This document shows positions 45,316 to 55,895 of a DNA stretch of 64,000 nt, in pieces. The translations under genes were made by a program, and so were the position numbers. The notes beneath the pieces are model-generated. The model was not told the DNA's origin. It did no database searches and saw nothing but the letters and a program-made list of their open reading frames with translations. This stretch comes from Dehalococcoidia bacterium. GTDB lineage: Bacteria > Chloroflexota > Dehalococcoidia > Lucifugimonadales > UBA3495. Where the stretch lies: contig OZ247426.1 in NCBI GenBank assembly GCA_965232835.1, positions 725,339 through 789,338 of the forward strand. The letters are read 5' to 3'. Position 1 is the first letter of the stretch. Each line of letters starts with the position of its first letter.

Positions 45316-46872
45316 TCAGGCGTAGAGCCAGTCTGGAACGTCCCTGCCTTGGGCGCCGGCGCCTCGGGCCAGTGAGTCCTTCAGGACGCCGATGCGAGAG
45401 CGGAATGGGTGCACCTGGTTGCGCTCGTGGGTTAGGCCCAGGCCGACCAGGAACATCAGGCTCTTGCCCGCCGCGTGGGGTGAAAAGAACGCCGTTACCG
45501 CGTCGTCGTAAAAGGTCATGCCCGTTGCCCCGAGCCCCATGGCGTGGGTGGACAGGTACATCCGCCCGCCGATAATGCCCGCTTCCAACTGCGCCAGTCG
45601 GTAGCCTCGGTTGCCGAACCGGGCCAGGATGGCATCGAGGTCGGCCATGAAGTAGGCGACGGCGCTTGAGTCCGCTCCGAGGGCTTGTTCGAAGCATAGA
45701 TGTCCCGCCTCCTCGCGGTATTCGCCCTCCGACAGCAACTCCAATTGCCCCTTCGACGGCGAGTAGTAATAGGTACCGGGAGTGATTCCCTCTGCGGCGT
45801 TTACTATCAGGTAGGTGTCGATCAGTCCGCCGCCGTAGTCGGAGCGCACCGGTGCGGTGGACGCTGAAAGCAGTGCCTCCAGCCGCCCGACGGGCATGGG
45901 TTCGCGGGCGAATCGGCGGGTAGAGCCTCGGTGGGCGATGGTCCCCCCGAGAGGCACGGACTCCGGCCATTCTGAGGGCGACGCTGAGGGATTTTGGCTG
46001 GGCGCTCCCTTTCGCCACGTCGACAGTTCCGAAGCATTGGCGAGGACGGAACCGGCGTGCAATGCTGTGGTCTCGGGATACTCAGTGCGGCGCTCGACGC
46101 CTAGGACGCCTGCGTCGACGCTGCCCAATGAGCCTGAAGCGGGCGGCGCAGCACTGCCGCTCCCGACCGGCACCATGCAGAACGAGGCCTCGCTGGAGGA
46201 CTCCAAACCCAGCAGCGCGTCGACCTCCGAGTCCACGAACCCGGCGACGATCTCGGCAGGCAGGCCTAGGGCGGTGGCGGTGGCGGTCATGTTGGCCAGT
46301 ATGGTGCCGTTGTCCCAGTAGCAGTACCGGTAGCCTCGCTCGCGGTACTTCCAGGCGCTGCGCCAGAACACGCAGCTGAACACGATGGTGGCGGGCGCGT
46401 CGGCCACGGCGGGATGGTCCCCCGCAGACTCGGAGAGGTTGCCTCGGTAGTCGCCAGACCGCAACAGGGTCAGCGAATTGGTGGCCGGGCCGTAGTGATA
46501 AACGCCGGCAGCAAGGTCAGGCAGGTCGCCACAGACGACGTAGAGTTCTATGGGATACAAGGCACCCGCAGATGCAGCCGCCCGATAATGTACTTCGCCG
46601 GCCGTTCGCAGGGTGCTGCGGCGGATCAGCCCGGCGGAGTAGTGCAGCAGCTGCGCCAGAGCCGTTAGGTCCAGAGGCCCCTGAGACGGCGACATCACCC
46701 CGGCGACGGAGGGCAGCGTTGCCGCCCCCGCCGAGGGCATGTCGGCAGGCAGAGCTACGGTCGGCAAGCCGGCGTAGGACTTGTACAGGGGCGGCTTGGT
46801 GGCCAGGCTAATGTAGCTCAGCTTGGTGGCGTCGTGGAAGCTGCGGGCCGCGCTGGTGTCGCTGTTGGGCAT
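45316..46872 (-). CDS. SagB/ThcOx-type tandem nitroreductase-fold dehydrogenase
   Basis: 518 aa. FHDATKLSY N-terminus. ASAGALYPIELYVV and a second half RGSTRRF...GLGATGMTFYDD. Confidence 0.75.
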   Translation of the reverse strand: MPNSDTSAARSFHDATKLSYISLATKPPLYKSYAGLPTVALPADMPSAGAATLPSVAGVMSPSQGPLDLTALAQLLHYSAGLIRRSTLRTAGEVHYRAAASAGALYPIELYVVCGDLPDLAAGVYHYGPATNSLTLLRSGDYRGNLSESAGDHPAVADAPATIVFSCVFWRSAWKYRERGYRYCYWDNGTILANMTATATALGLPAEIVAGFVDSEVDALLGLESSSEASFCMVPVGSGSAAPPASGSLGSVDAGVLGVERRTEYPETTALHAGSVLANASELSTWRKGAPSQNPSASPSEWPESVPLGGTIAHRGSTRRFAREPMPVGRLEALLSASTAPVRSDYGGGLIDTYLIVNAAEGITPGTYYYSPSKGQLELLSEGEYREEAGHLCFEQALGADSSAVAYFMADLDAILARFGNRGYRLAQLEAGIIGGRMYLSTHAMGLGATGMTFYDDAVTAFFSPHAAGKSLMFLVGLGLTHERNQVHPFRSRIGVLKDSLARGAGAQGRDVPDWLYA

Positions 46873-46904
46873 TATGTCCGCCCCTCAAATTATCTGTGCC
46901 AAGG

Positions 46905-46944
46905 TTTTCACCCCCACCCTAGCCCTCCCCCTGAGGGGGAGGGG
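46905..46944 (+). repeat. REP-like hairpin repeat (family 1)
   Basis: ttttcacccccaccctagccctccccctgagggggagggg. Confidence 0.65.
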
Positions 46945-46998
46945 ATTTTACAAGGGTTGCGCCCTCTCCGTGACCTACTCCCCTCAGGGACATTCCGA

Positions 46999-47039
46999 GG
47001 GACGCCCTCACCCCAACCCTCTCCCAGGGGGAGAGGGAG
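46999..47039 (+). repeat. REP-like hairpin repeat (family 1, core consensus copy)
   Basis: gggacgccctcaccccaaccctctcccagggggagagggag. Near-identical in reverse complement to 48810..48845 and 52882..52920. Confidence 0.7.
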
Positions 47040-47041
47040 TT

Positions 47042-47515
47042 CTAAGCCTGGCCCATGGCGAGGATCTCATCGAACTCCTCTTTGGTCACGGGCTGGATGG
47101 AGAGGCGCTGGCCCTTTCGGATCAGTAGCATGTCCTTCAGTTTGGGATTGGCCTTGACCGCCTGCAGCGTAACCGGGTTGGGCAGCCGCTGGTCGGCCTG
47201 GATCTCGACGACCGTCCAGACGGTCTCGCCGGGGCTGCTCTTGGGGTCGTAGTGCTTGTCGTTGGGATCCCAGGCCGTTGCGTCGGGGTAGGCCTCCCGG
47301 ACGATGCGGGCGGTTCCGACAACGGCGGTAGGCTTGGCGCTGCTATGGTAGAACAGCACACGGTCGCCCATCTTCATGTCGTCGCGCATGAAGTTGCGGG
47401 CCTGGTAATTGCGAACGCCGTCCCACTCGGCCGTGCTGTTCTCCTCGTTGATCAGGTCGTCGAAGGAGTAGGCGGACGGCTCGGACTTGAACAGCCAGTA
47501 TTTCGGCTCGGACAC
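47042..47515 (-). CDS. EVE (PUA-like) domain protein
   Basis: KYWLFKSEPSAYSFDDL...WDGVRNYQARNFMRDDMKMGDRVLFYHS. Confidence 0.85.
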   Translation of the reverse strand: MSEPKYWLFKSEPSAYSFDDLINEENSTAEWDGVRNYQARNFMRDDMKMGDRVLFYHSSAKPTAVVGTARIVREAYPDATAWDPNDKHYDPKSSPGETVWTVVEIQADQRLPNPVTLQAVKANPKLKDMLLIRKGQRLSIQPVTKEEFDEILAMGQA

Positions 47516-47624
47516 TTGATCCTCCGTATTTTCAACGCAGAGGAAGCGCAGAGACTATTGCCCTTCCTCTGAATTCTTTGCGTCCTCTGCGAATATCTCC
47601 GCGCCCTCCGCGTTGAAGGTATTT

Positions 47625-49289
47625 CTATCGCAGGCGGATGCCGGCGGCCTCGGTGTCGAAGCAGCCCTCGATCAGGTCCTCGCGCTCCTGGCGCAGCACG
47701 TCCTTGCGTACGCGCAGGCTGGGAGTGCGGGGCAACTCGTCGCGCACTTCCCAGTAGCGGGGCACCTTGAAGTAGGCCAGGTGCTCGGCGCACCAGTAGA
47801 CCACCTGCTCCGGGTCGACGATGGCGCCATCACGAGGGGTGACGTAGGCCTTGACCTCGTCCTCGCCTAAGTCCGAGGGCACGGCGACAACGGCAGCGTC
47901 GAGGACGTTGGGGTTGGACTTGATGACGTTCTCCACCTCCTGTGAGGAGATATTCTCCCCGCGGCGGCGGATAATGTCTTTCTTGCGGTCGACGAAATAC
48001 AGGAAGCCGTCGTCGTCGAGCCAGCCCAGGTCGCCGGTGTAGAGCCAGCCGTCGCGCAGGGTCTCGCGGTTCTGCTCGTCGTTGCGCCAGTAGCCGGGCA
48101 TCACCGCCGGGTTCTTGATGGTGATCTCGCCGACGGTGTTGGGGCCTACGTGATGACCGGTTTCGGCGTCGGCGATACGGATGGTGTTCTCAAAGCGCGG
48201 GTCGGGGTGCTGACGCGTGCGGCCCGAGGAACCGGACCTACGGTGCTCGCGAATGGCCTCGATGGTGCCGTAGCAGGTCTCGGTCATGCCGAAGCCGACG
48301 ATAATGTCGGTGGAGAAGCGCTGCTGGAACTCCTCAAGGAACTCCGGCGGAAAGGACGGCGAGCCGTAGAACAGCCGCACGGTGTTGTCTGCGTCGTCGG
48401 GCTGCTGCTCGTTCTTGGCCAGCACCGGCATCATCATGCCGATGAAGTTGACCACCGTGGCCCGGGCCTCGCGCACCTGACCCCAGAACCGGGACGCGCT
48501 GAATCGATCGACGATCACCAACGTGGCGCCTGAGGCCAGCGCGCCCATGGTCGAGTAGTACTGGATGTTGGCGTGGTAGAAGGGCAGGCAGGTAAAGAAC
48601 CGGTCGTCGGGAGTGGCCTTGGTCCAGTGCCGGAAGCCCTGCCCGGCGGCGGCGTACATGCGGTGGGTGACCATCACGCCCTTGGGGTTGCCGGTAGTGC
48701 CCGAGGTGTAGACCAGCATCGAAACGTCGTCGGGCGACACCTCGGGCCGATCAGCCAGCGGAGCGGCGCGGTCGAAGGCCTCGTTGAAAGAAGTCCAGCC
48801 TTCCTGTCTCCTCTCCCCCTGGGAGAGGGTTGGGGTGAGGGCGTCGACTTCCCCCCTCAGAATACGGTGGCGGATGCTGGGGGCCAGGTCGGCGGCGGCA
48901 CCGGCGACGTCGGCCAGCAACGGATCGGTGACCAGCGCAACGGCCTCTGCGTTGTTCAGGATGTAGGCGGTCTCGTCGCGACGGTAGGCGGTGTTGATGG
49001 GCACGCTGATGGCGCCTAGCTCCGACAGGCCGAACCAGCAGTACAGGTACTCGATGGCGTTGGGCATGAACAGGCCCACTCGGTCGCCGTGCTTGACGCC
49101 CATATCGCGGAACATGGCGGCCGTCCGCAGCACGCCCTCCCGTATCTCACCATACGAGTACGACACGCCGCCGATCTCAACGAAGGTCTTTTCCGGGTCG
49201 GCTTCGGTGATACGGTCGAGGACCTCGCCGATGGTGGTGTCCCAGGGCATTGTGGTGCCGGTGTCCATGGTCGACTGCTGTGCGCTCAT
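47625..49289 (-). CDS. AMP-dependent acyl-CoA synthetase/ligase
   Basis: LVYTSGTTGNPKGV, GFGMTE, YTGDLG, VDRKKDIIRRRGENIS. Confidence 0.9.
   Translation of the reverse strand: MSAQQSTMDTGTTMPWDTTIGEVLDRITEADPEKTFVEIGGVSYSYGEIREGVLRTAAMFRDMGVKHGDRVGLFMPNAIEYLYCWFGLSELGAISVPINTAYRRDETAYILNNAEAVALVTDPLLADVAGAAADLAPSIRHRILRGEVDALTPTLSQGERRQEGWTSFNEAFDRAAPLADRPEVSPDDVSMLVYTSGTTGNPKGVMVTHRMYAAAGQGFRHWTKATPDDRFFTCLPFYHANIQYYSTMGALASGATLVIVDRFSASRFWGQVREARATVVNFIGMMMPVLAKNEQQPDDADNTVRLFYGSPSFPPEFLEEFQQRFSTDIIVGFGMTETCYGTIEAIREHRRSGSSGRTRQHPDPRFENTIRIADAETGHHVGPNTVGEITIKNPAVMPGYWRNDEQNRETLRDGWLYTGDLGWLDDDGFLYFVDRKKDIIRRRGENISSQEVENVIKSNPNVLDAAVVAVPSDLGEDEVKAYVTPRDGAIVDPEQVVYWCAEHLAYFKVPRYWEVRDELPRTPSLRVRKDVLRQEREDLIEGCFDTEAAGIRLR
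48810..48845 (-). repeat. REP-like repeat (family 1) embedded in-frame in the acyl-CoA synthetase CDS
   Basis: cctctccccctgggagagggttggggtgagggcgtc, translated on the minus strand as DALTPTLSQGERRQE. Confidence 0.7.
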
Positions 49290-49521
49290 TGTCAGCCCGC
49301 CGGTGGAGTTGTCTCGACGGTCAAGCTACCACGCGCGTGTGGGGCGGTCAACTGAGGGGGGTGGGAGTAACTGTAGGTGTATATCAAACCAGCCAGTACA
49401 GAACGCATTGGCAATAGCTACAGCGGAGGGGTTACGCCCTATCTACCCTAGCAGGACCAGCTCAACGGCCCAGTGAGCGGTAATGTTGGGTTGGCGAGCA
49501 AATGCCGTCGCCTGCGAGTGA

Positions 49522-50898
49522 TCAAGAGCACCATTCAATCCGTGGCAGGTCGTCCGGATTTTCCGGCAGCCTGATCTTTATTTCGTCCACTCCTTCGGTG
49601 CCCGCGTCCAGTGTCGCAGCTTCCGTACATGTGGCCGCTCGGGAACCGTCGCCGTCATACCAACCCACGAAGCTGCATCCCTCGCTCGGATATATGTCCA
49701 AAGTGAACGATCCCTCGGGGGCCCGGATGCTGAACTTGCCGTCCTTGTCGGTTATCCCATAGCTGCTGTTTGACTCCTCTCCCTGCCATGCCCAGAGGCC
49801 GATGCCTCGCAGGGGTTCCCCCTTCGGGCCCAGCACTTTCCCTGTGATCTCTGCGCCCTCGAGTGCCTCACTGCTTGTGAAGTCAAAGTGCTGGGGCGGG
49901 TTCTCCCGTTTCGTGGTCCCCCCCGTAACCAGGTGGGCCCTCTCCTCGGTTGCTTCGTAGCGGACGTCCGAGTTAAAAAGGGCGTTTTCAGAATCGTCAT
50001 AGGGATAACTTGTGAATCCCCACGTCGCCGGCACTCCGTCGCCCCTGGGTCTCCCTACGCTTACGTGCCACACTGGGATGTCTACGGGCCTGATCGGGGA
50101 TCCGTAAATCTCGATGGTCGCCAGAGCTCGGGGTTGCATTCTGGCAGTTCCTTGCTCCAGGGGAAACTTCAGCGATCCAATCCAGGTCTCTTCATCGCTC
50201 TCCAGGTCGGTGACCCACAGGCTGAACCACTCCCCGTCCTCTTCAAGCCCGTCCGGTGCAATCCGTGCCCGGTAGTCCCCCACTCCCCAGTCATAGGACC
50301 GCCTCACCCCAATGAAGTCGCCCTCGTGACCTGCGGATTCGGGCCACCCATCGTCCTCTGCGAACTTGGCGTAACCGAGGTCCCTGATCCCCCACCTGGA
50401 GAATATTACTGCCTTTCCCTGCCAGTTGGCGTCGGTCTGAATACCCAAGTAAAAGCTTATCCCCGAGATTGAATTCTCGAGTAGTATCAGGAAGTACCCG
50501 TGACGGAGGGAGAAATTTCCCACGTCGTTGTGGATGGTGATGTCCATGGCCATCTCCCGGAAGCCTTCCTGTCCTTGTTCCCACCGCCACTGAACAAACG
50601 CTGGCGCCATGGGCGGGGAGATGCGGTCGTACAGATAGGGCCTTCCGGGTATTTGAGTTGGTGTGGGTGTCGGACTTCGAGTGGGGCTTGGCGTCTGAAC
50701 GGGCGCCGACGTGGGTGCTTGTGTCGGCGTAGGCGTGGGCGTCGGCGAAAGTGTCGGCTCTGGCGTTGACACCGCGCTGGCCGTTGCCGTCGGCTCAGCC
50801 GAAATTCGGGTTGGTGTGGGCGGCTCCACTCGCTCACTAGCGCAGCCTGCAGCCAGCAGGATGGCTGTCACCACAATCAGGAAGGGTGTCGATGTCAT
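49522..50898 (-). CDS. secreted/lipoprotein-like protein: signal peptide + Pro/Thr-rich linker + DUF3472-like domain + CarboxypepD_reg-like C-terminus
   Basis: MTSTPFLIVVTAILLAAGCAS, PTPTPTPTQAPT linker, C-terminal ITGKVLGPKGEPLRGIGLWAW...TDKDGKFSIRAPEGSFTL. Confidence 0.7.
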   Translation of the reverse strand: MTSTPFLIVVTAILLAAGCASERVEPPTPTRISAEPTATASAVSTPEPTLSPTPTPTPTQAPTSAPVQTPSPTRSPTPTPTQIPGRPYLYDRISPPMAPAFVQWRWEQGQEGFREMAMDITIHNDVGNFSLRHGYFLILLENSISGISFYLGIQTDANWQGKAVIFSRWGIRDLGYAKFAEDDGWPESAGHEGDFIGVRRSYDWGVGDYRARIAPDGLEEDGEWFSLWVTDLESDEETWIGSLKFPLEQGTARMQPRALATIEIYGSPIRPVDIPVWHVSVGRPRGDGVPATWGFTSYPYDDSENALFNSDVRYEATEERAHLVTGGTTKRENPPQHFDFTSSEALEGAEITGKVLGPKGEPLRGIGLWAWQGEESNSSYGITDKDGKFSIRAPEGSFTLDIYPSEGCSFVGWYDGDGSRAATCTEAATLDAGTEGVDEIKIRLPENPDDLPRIEWCS

Positions 50899-51121
50899 GC
50901 GTATCCCCAATAGTTGGGCAATGTAGCCAGCGGCGACTCAGGTGTCAATGACGAGCGCCCTAGTTTGTTGTAGCTGTTGGCGTGTATTTGCACAACATAT
51001 AGTATCTCCGCCCCAATTCCGGATATAATGACGCCATACTTACAGGCTGGTTGGTGCGGTGTAGAATGGATGGAGCGCCTGCACACCGAGGCTGAACTCT
51101 CCCCGCTCAAGGAGGCCCGCC

Positions 51122-52822
<1,701 letters not shown>

Positions 52823-52881
52823 TCGCGGCATTTGGGGGCGATGAGCAATCGCCGCTTCCTCTCCAGGAGGGTGGCCACATT

Positions 52882-52920
52882 CCCTCTCCCTCAGGGAGAG
52901 GGTTAGGGTGAGGGCGTCCC
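52882..52920 (-). repeat. REP-like hairpin repeat (family 1) between guaA and purD
   Basis: ccctctccctcagggagagggttagggtgagggcgtccc. Confidence 0.7.
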
Positions 52921-52921
52921 T

Positions 52922-54196
52922 TTGAACGTTCTGATTGTCGGCAGCGGGGGCAGGGAGCACGCCCTTGCTTGGCGCATCGCCCGCAGCCCTTCGTTGACAC
53001 GACTGTGGGTGGCTCCGGGCAACTACGGGACAAGCAGGGTCGCCACCAACCTGCCCGTCGGTTCTGGTGTCGACGCCCTCGTGCAGGCCGCATGCGATGT
53101 TGCCGCTGACCTGGTTGTAGTGGGCACCGAGGCGCCTCTGGCCGAGGGACTTGTCGACCTGCTGGCAATCCATGGCATCCCTGCCTTCGGCCCGACGGCC
53201 GCCGCCGCCCGGCTGGAGTCCAGCAAGAGCTTCGCCCGCGAGATCATCCGGGAGGCCCACGCTCCCGGCCCCGAGTTCGCAGTGTTCACCGACGAGCCCG
53301 AGGCCCTCGACTACCTGCGCCGCAACCCTGGCCCTCGCGTGGTGAAGGCCGACGGCCTGGCGGCGGGCAAAGGGGTGGTGGTCTGCGACGATGAGTCGCA
53401 GGCAGCCGACGCCGTACGGGCCAGCATTTCGTCCCGCGCCTTCGGAGAAGCAGGGTCAACCGTGCTCTTGGAGGAAAGGCTGGAAGGCCGCGAGGTCAGT
53501 GTCTTCGCCCTCACCGACGGCGAGCGCAGCTCGCAGCTCGTTGCGGCCTGCGACTACAAGCGGCTGGAGGACCACGACCGTGGCCCCAACACCGGCGGAA
53601 TGGGCAGCTATTCCCCAACGGAGTTCTGGACGCCAAAACTCAGCGAACAAGTTGAGAGCACCATAATCCACCCCGTCATCGCTCAGATGGCCGCTCGGGG
53701 CACGCCATACCGCGGCGTGCTGTACGCCGGGCTGATGCTCACCGCCGACGGGCCGAAGATCCTGGAGTTCAACTGCCGTTTCGGCGACCCGGAAACGCAG
53801 GTGCTGATGCCACGCCTGGCCTCCGACCCGCTGCCGGCAATGCTGGCCTGCGCCGAAGGCCGCCTCGATCCAGGGTCCGTAGCGTGGGACGAACGGCACT
53901 ACGTGGGCGTGGTGATGGCCTCAGGCGGGTACCCGGACCAATACGCCACTGGCAAGACCATTTCCGGCTTGGGCGAAGGCGATTCAGAGGACGCCATGTT
54001 CTTCACCGCCGGCGTCGCTGAGGGTCCTGACGGTCGCCCGGTTACCTCCGGCGGGCGCGTGCTGACCGTTGTGGGCGGCGGCAAGGACCTGAACGAGGCG
54101 AGATTGCGTGCTTATGATCGCTTGGATGGCATCTCATTCGATGGTGCGGTGTGGCGCACCGATATCGCTGCCGTCGGCGCCCGGGTGAGCGCGTGA
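52922..54196 (+). CDS. purD: phosphoribosylamine--glycine ligase
   Basis: MNVLIVGSGGREHALAW, ATP-grasp GKGV..., GDPETQ. 424 aa. Confidence 0.92.
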   Translation: MNVLIVGSGGREHALAWRIARSPSLTRLWVAPGNYGTSRVATNLPVGSGVDALVQAACDVAADLVVVGTEAPLAEGLVDLLAIHGIPAFGPTAAAARLESSKSFAREIIREAHAPGPEFAVFTDEPEALDYLRRNPGPRVVKADGLAAGKGVVVCDDESQAADAVRASISSRAFGEAGSTVLLEERLEGREVSVFALTDGERSSQLVAACDYKRLEDHDRGPNTGGMGSYSPTEFWTPKLSEQVESTIIHPVIAQMAARGTPYRGVLYAGLMLTADGPKILEFNCRFGDPETQVLMPRLASDPLPAMLACAEGRLDPGSVAWDERHYVGVVMASGGYPDQYATGKTISGLGEGDSEDAMFFTAGVAEGPDGRPVTSGGRVLTVVGGGKDLNEARLRAYDRLDGISFDGAVWRTDIAAVGARVSA

Positions 54197-54837
54197 CCTC
54201 TCGATCACAAGCGGCCCGGGTTACCCCCGCCGATCTCCGCAGCCTGTATGACGAAGCGCTCGAGTCCGGCGCCGACGCCGCCTATCGCAAGCGTCGGTGG
54301 GGCCGGGCTTCGGAGTTCGCCTCCTGGCTGGAACAGGATGCTCTGACATCGTTGGAGCTGCCGCAGGCTCTGCAGCTTTACCGCGCCTCCGGAGGACGGC
54401 AGGCGGAGGCCTTCGGCAGCACCCCCGTTGAGGAGTTGAGGGACAGCCTCGATTTCCTCCTGTATGATACTATCAAGCTGGAAGGCCGTTTCGACGAATG
54501 TGCGTCGAACGACGGAGCATACAGGCTACCCGGCACAGGCCGCGAGTTCGCATCCTGGTTGCTGTGCCTCCGGAATCCGGCTTTGCTGGGCGTATGGAAC
54601 GGCAGTGCCGAACGGATGCTGAAGCGCATGGGCGCCTTCCCGGAGTCCATGAGACGCGGTCCCGAGGGTATCCGCTATTTGGATTTGATGGAAGCCTTGG
54701 CCATGGTGCGCTCGCGCTTGGGATTGCGCGATTTCATAGAGGTGGACATCCTCGCCTACCTCTCCACCAGGCCACGAAACCGGAAGAGGAAATTGGCGGT
54801 AGCTGAGAGCTCGGAGATGGACAATGCCCTGGCGTGA
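54193..54837 (+). CDS. hypothetical protein embedded in the pur cluster
   Basis: GTG overlaps the purD stop (GTGA). 214 aa. No family recognised (FLLYDTIKLEGRFDE...LPGTGREFASWLL...GVWN). Confidence 0.5.
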   Translation: MTSRSQAARVTPADLRSLYDEALESGADAAYRKRRWGRASEFASWLEQDALTSLELPQALQLYRASGGRQAEAFGSTPVEELRDSLDFLLYDTIKLEGRFDECASNDGAYRLPGTGREFASWLLCLRNPALLGVWNGSAERMLKRMGAFPESMRRGPEGIRYLDLMEALAMVRSRLGLRDFIEVDILAYLSTRPRNRKRKLAVAESSEMDNALA

Positions 54838-55261
54838 ATCACTGCAACAACTGAAAGATGAACTGACTTCGTCTCGCGCCTCCCGCCTGGAGCGCATCGA
54901 GGCTCTCGACCGGCAGGTCGCTGCGGAGAGGGAGGAGTTGCTGGCGCGCCAGGAGTCCATGCAGATCACCGCCCTGGTCACCGAAATGAACGAAGTTCTG
55001 CTGGACGGACAAGGCCTGGTTGAGAACACCATCGAGTGGGAGGCGGAGGACGAGGACCGGTTCGAAGGCGAGGATGACATGGCCGACGTCATCACCACCG
55101 CACTCACATGGGATGAAGGTGAGGAACTGGAAGTGCTGGTGGAACTGGTGATGCTCGACGATGGGCTGACCCTGATGGTAAACGGCGTGCAGATCAGGCA
55201 GGACCAGGATGCCTTGCAGAAAGCACTCATTGATGCTTTCCGGGAGCAATTGGAGATTTAA
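54824..55261 (+). CDS. hypothetical acidic coiled-coil protein
   Basis: 145 aa. 14-nt overlap with the upstream gene. Glu/Asp-rich (EWEAEDEDRFEGEDDMADV). Confidence 0.45.
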   Translation: MPWRESLQQLKDELTSSRASRLERIEALDRQVAAEREELLARQESMQITALVTEMNEVLLDGQGLVENTIEWEAEDEDRFEGEDDMADVITTALTWDEGEELEVLVELVMLDDGLTLMVNGVQIRQDQDALQKALIDAFREQLEI

Positions 55262-55436
55262 CGCCACTCTGGTCATTTTCCTTTGAGGTATCCCCGTAAC
55301 GGTTTTCAGGTGTTATCATGGCTCCCGGTGTTTCGCCGCCCCGGAGTTGCGAGATTTCGAACATGCGGCGGCAGGAAATAATGAAGTGTGTTGGGGGAAG
55401 TTCAGCGATGACCGAGGGTTTGTGCGGGAGGCTGGC

Positions 55437-55895
55437 ATGCCACTCGTAGGTGTAGTAATGGGGAGTTCGTCTGACGAAGCCGTGGTGAACGAGGCCGTCA
55501 AGACGCTGGAACAGCTGGGAATTGATTACGAAGTCCGTGTTATGTCCGCTCATCGAACTCCGGAGCGGGTTGCGGAATACGCCCAGGAAGCAAGGGATCG
55601 TGGCATCCAGGTGCTTATCGCGGCGGCCGGCGGATCGGCGGCCCTCGGGGGCGCTCTGGCGGCATGGTCCACCCTGCCCGTGATCGGCATTCCGCTGGCG
55701 TCCAGCGAGTTGAAGGGTATAGATGCCCTCCTGTCCACGGCCCAGATGCCTCCGGGCATACCTGTTGCGGCCATGGCCGTGGGCGCCTGGGGGGCCCGGA
55801 ACGCGGCTTTCTTCGCCGCGCAGATACTTGGTCTACAGCATCCGGAAATCAGGCAAGCGTATGACGATTACCGGCGCTCACTCCGCGAGCGGTAA
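55437..55895 (+). CDS. purE: 5-(carboxyamino)imidazole ribonucleotide mutase
   Basis: VGVVMGSSSD, RVMSAHRTPE, AAAGGSAALGG, LPVIGIP. ATG at 55437 after GGGAGG. Confidence 0.9.
   Translation: MPLVGVVMGSSSDEAVVNEAVKTLEQLGIDYEVRVMSAHRTPERVAEYAQEARDRGIQVLIAAAGGSAALGGALAAWSTLPVIGIPLASSELKGIDALLSTAQMPPGIPVAAMAVGAWGARNAAFFAAQILGLQHPEIRQAYDDYRRSLRER

Noticed and set aside
44308-46018. Overlapping long ORFs 44308..45375 (+) and 44729..46018 (-)
   Set aside because: They are alternative frames or strands of the HpcH aldolase and SagB-like genes. They are Arg/Pro/Gly-rich low-complexity translations.
45316-46872. SagB-like gene as marker of a thiazole/oxazole RiPP (TOMM) biosynthetic cluster
   Set aside because: There is no YcaO/cyclodehydratase, precursor peptide, protease or transporter within about 10 kb on either side. 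I treat it as a stand-alone enzyme.
46905-47039. Two adjacent GC-rich repeats that could look like a mini CRISPR array
   Set aside because: There are only two units, with different sequence and length, and each is a hairpin. They belong to the dispersed REP-like family. There are no cas genes and no regular spacing.
50911-51121. Possible purine/guanine or ZTP riboswitch upstream of guaA
   Set aside because: I could not find the conserved purine-riboswitch junction sequences or the ZTP pseudoknot motif. Only a short generic hairpin (cggtgt...acaccg) is present. This needs an Infernal scan to be certain.
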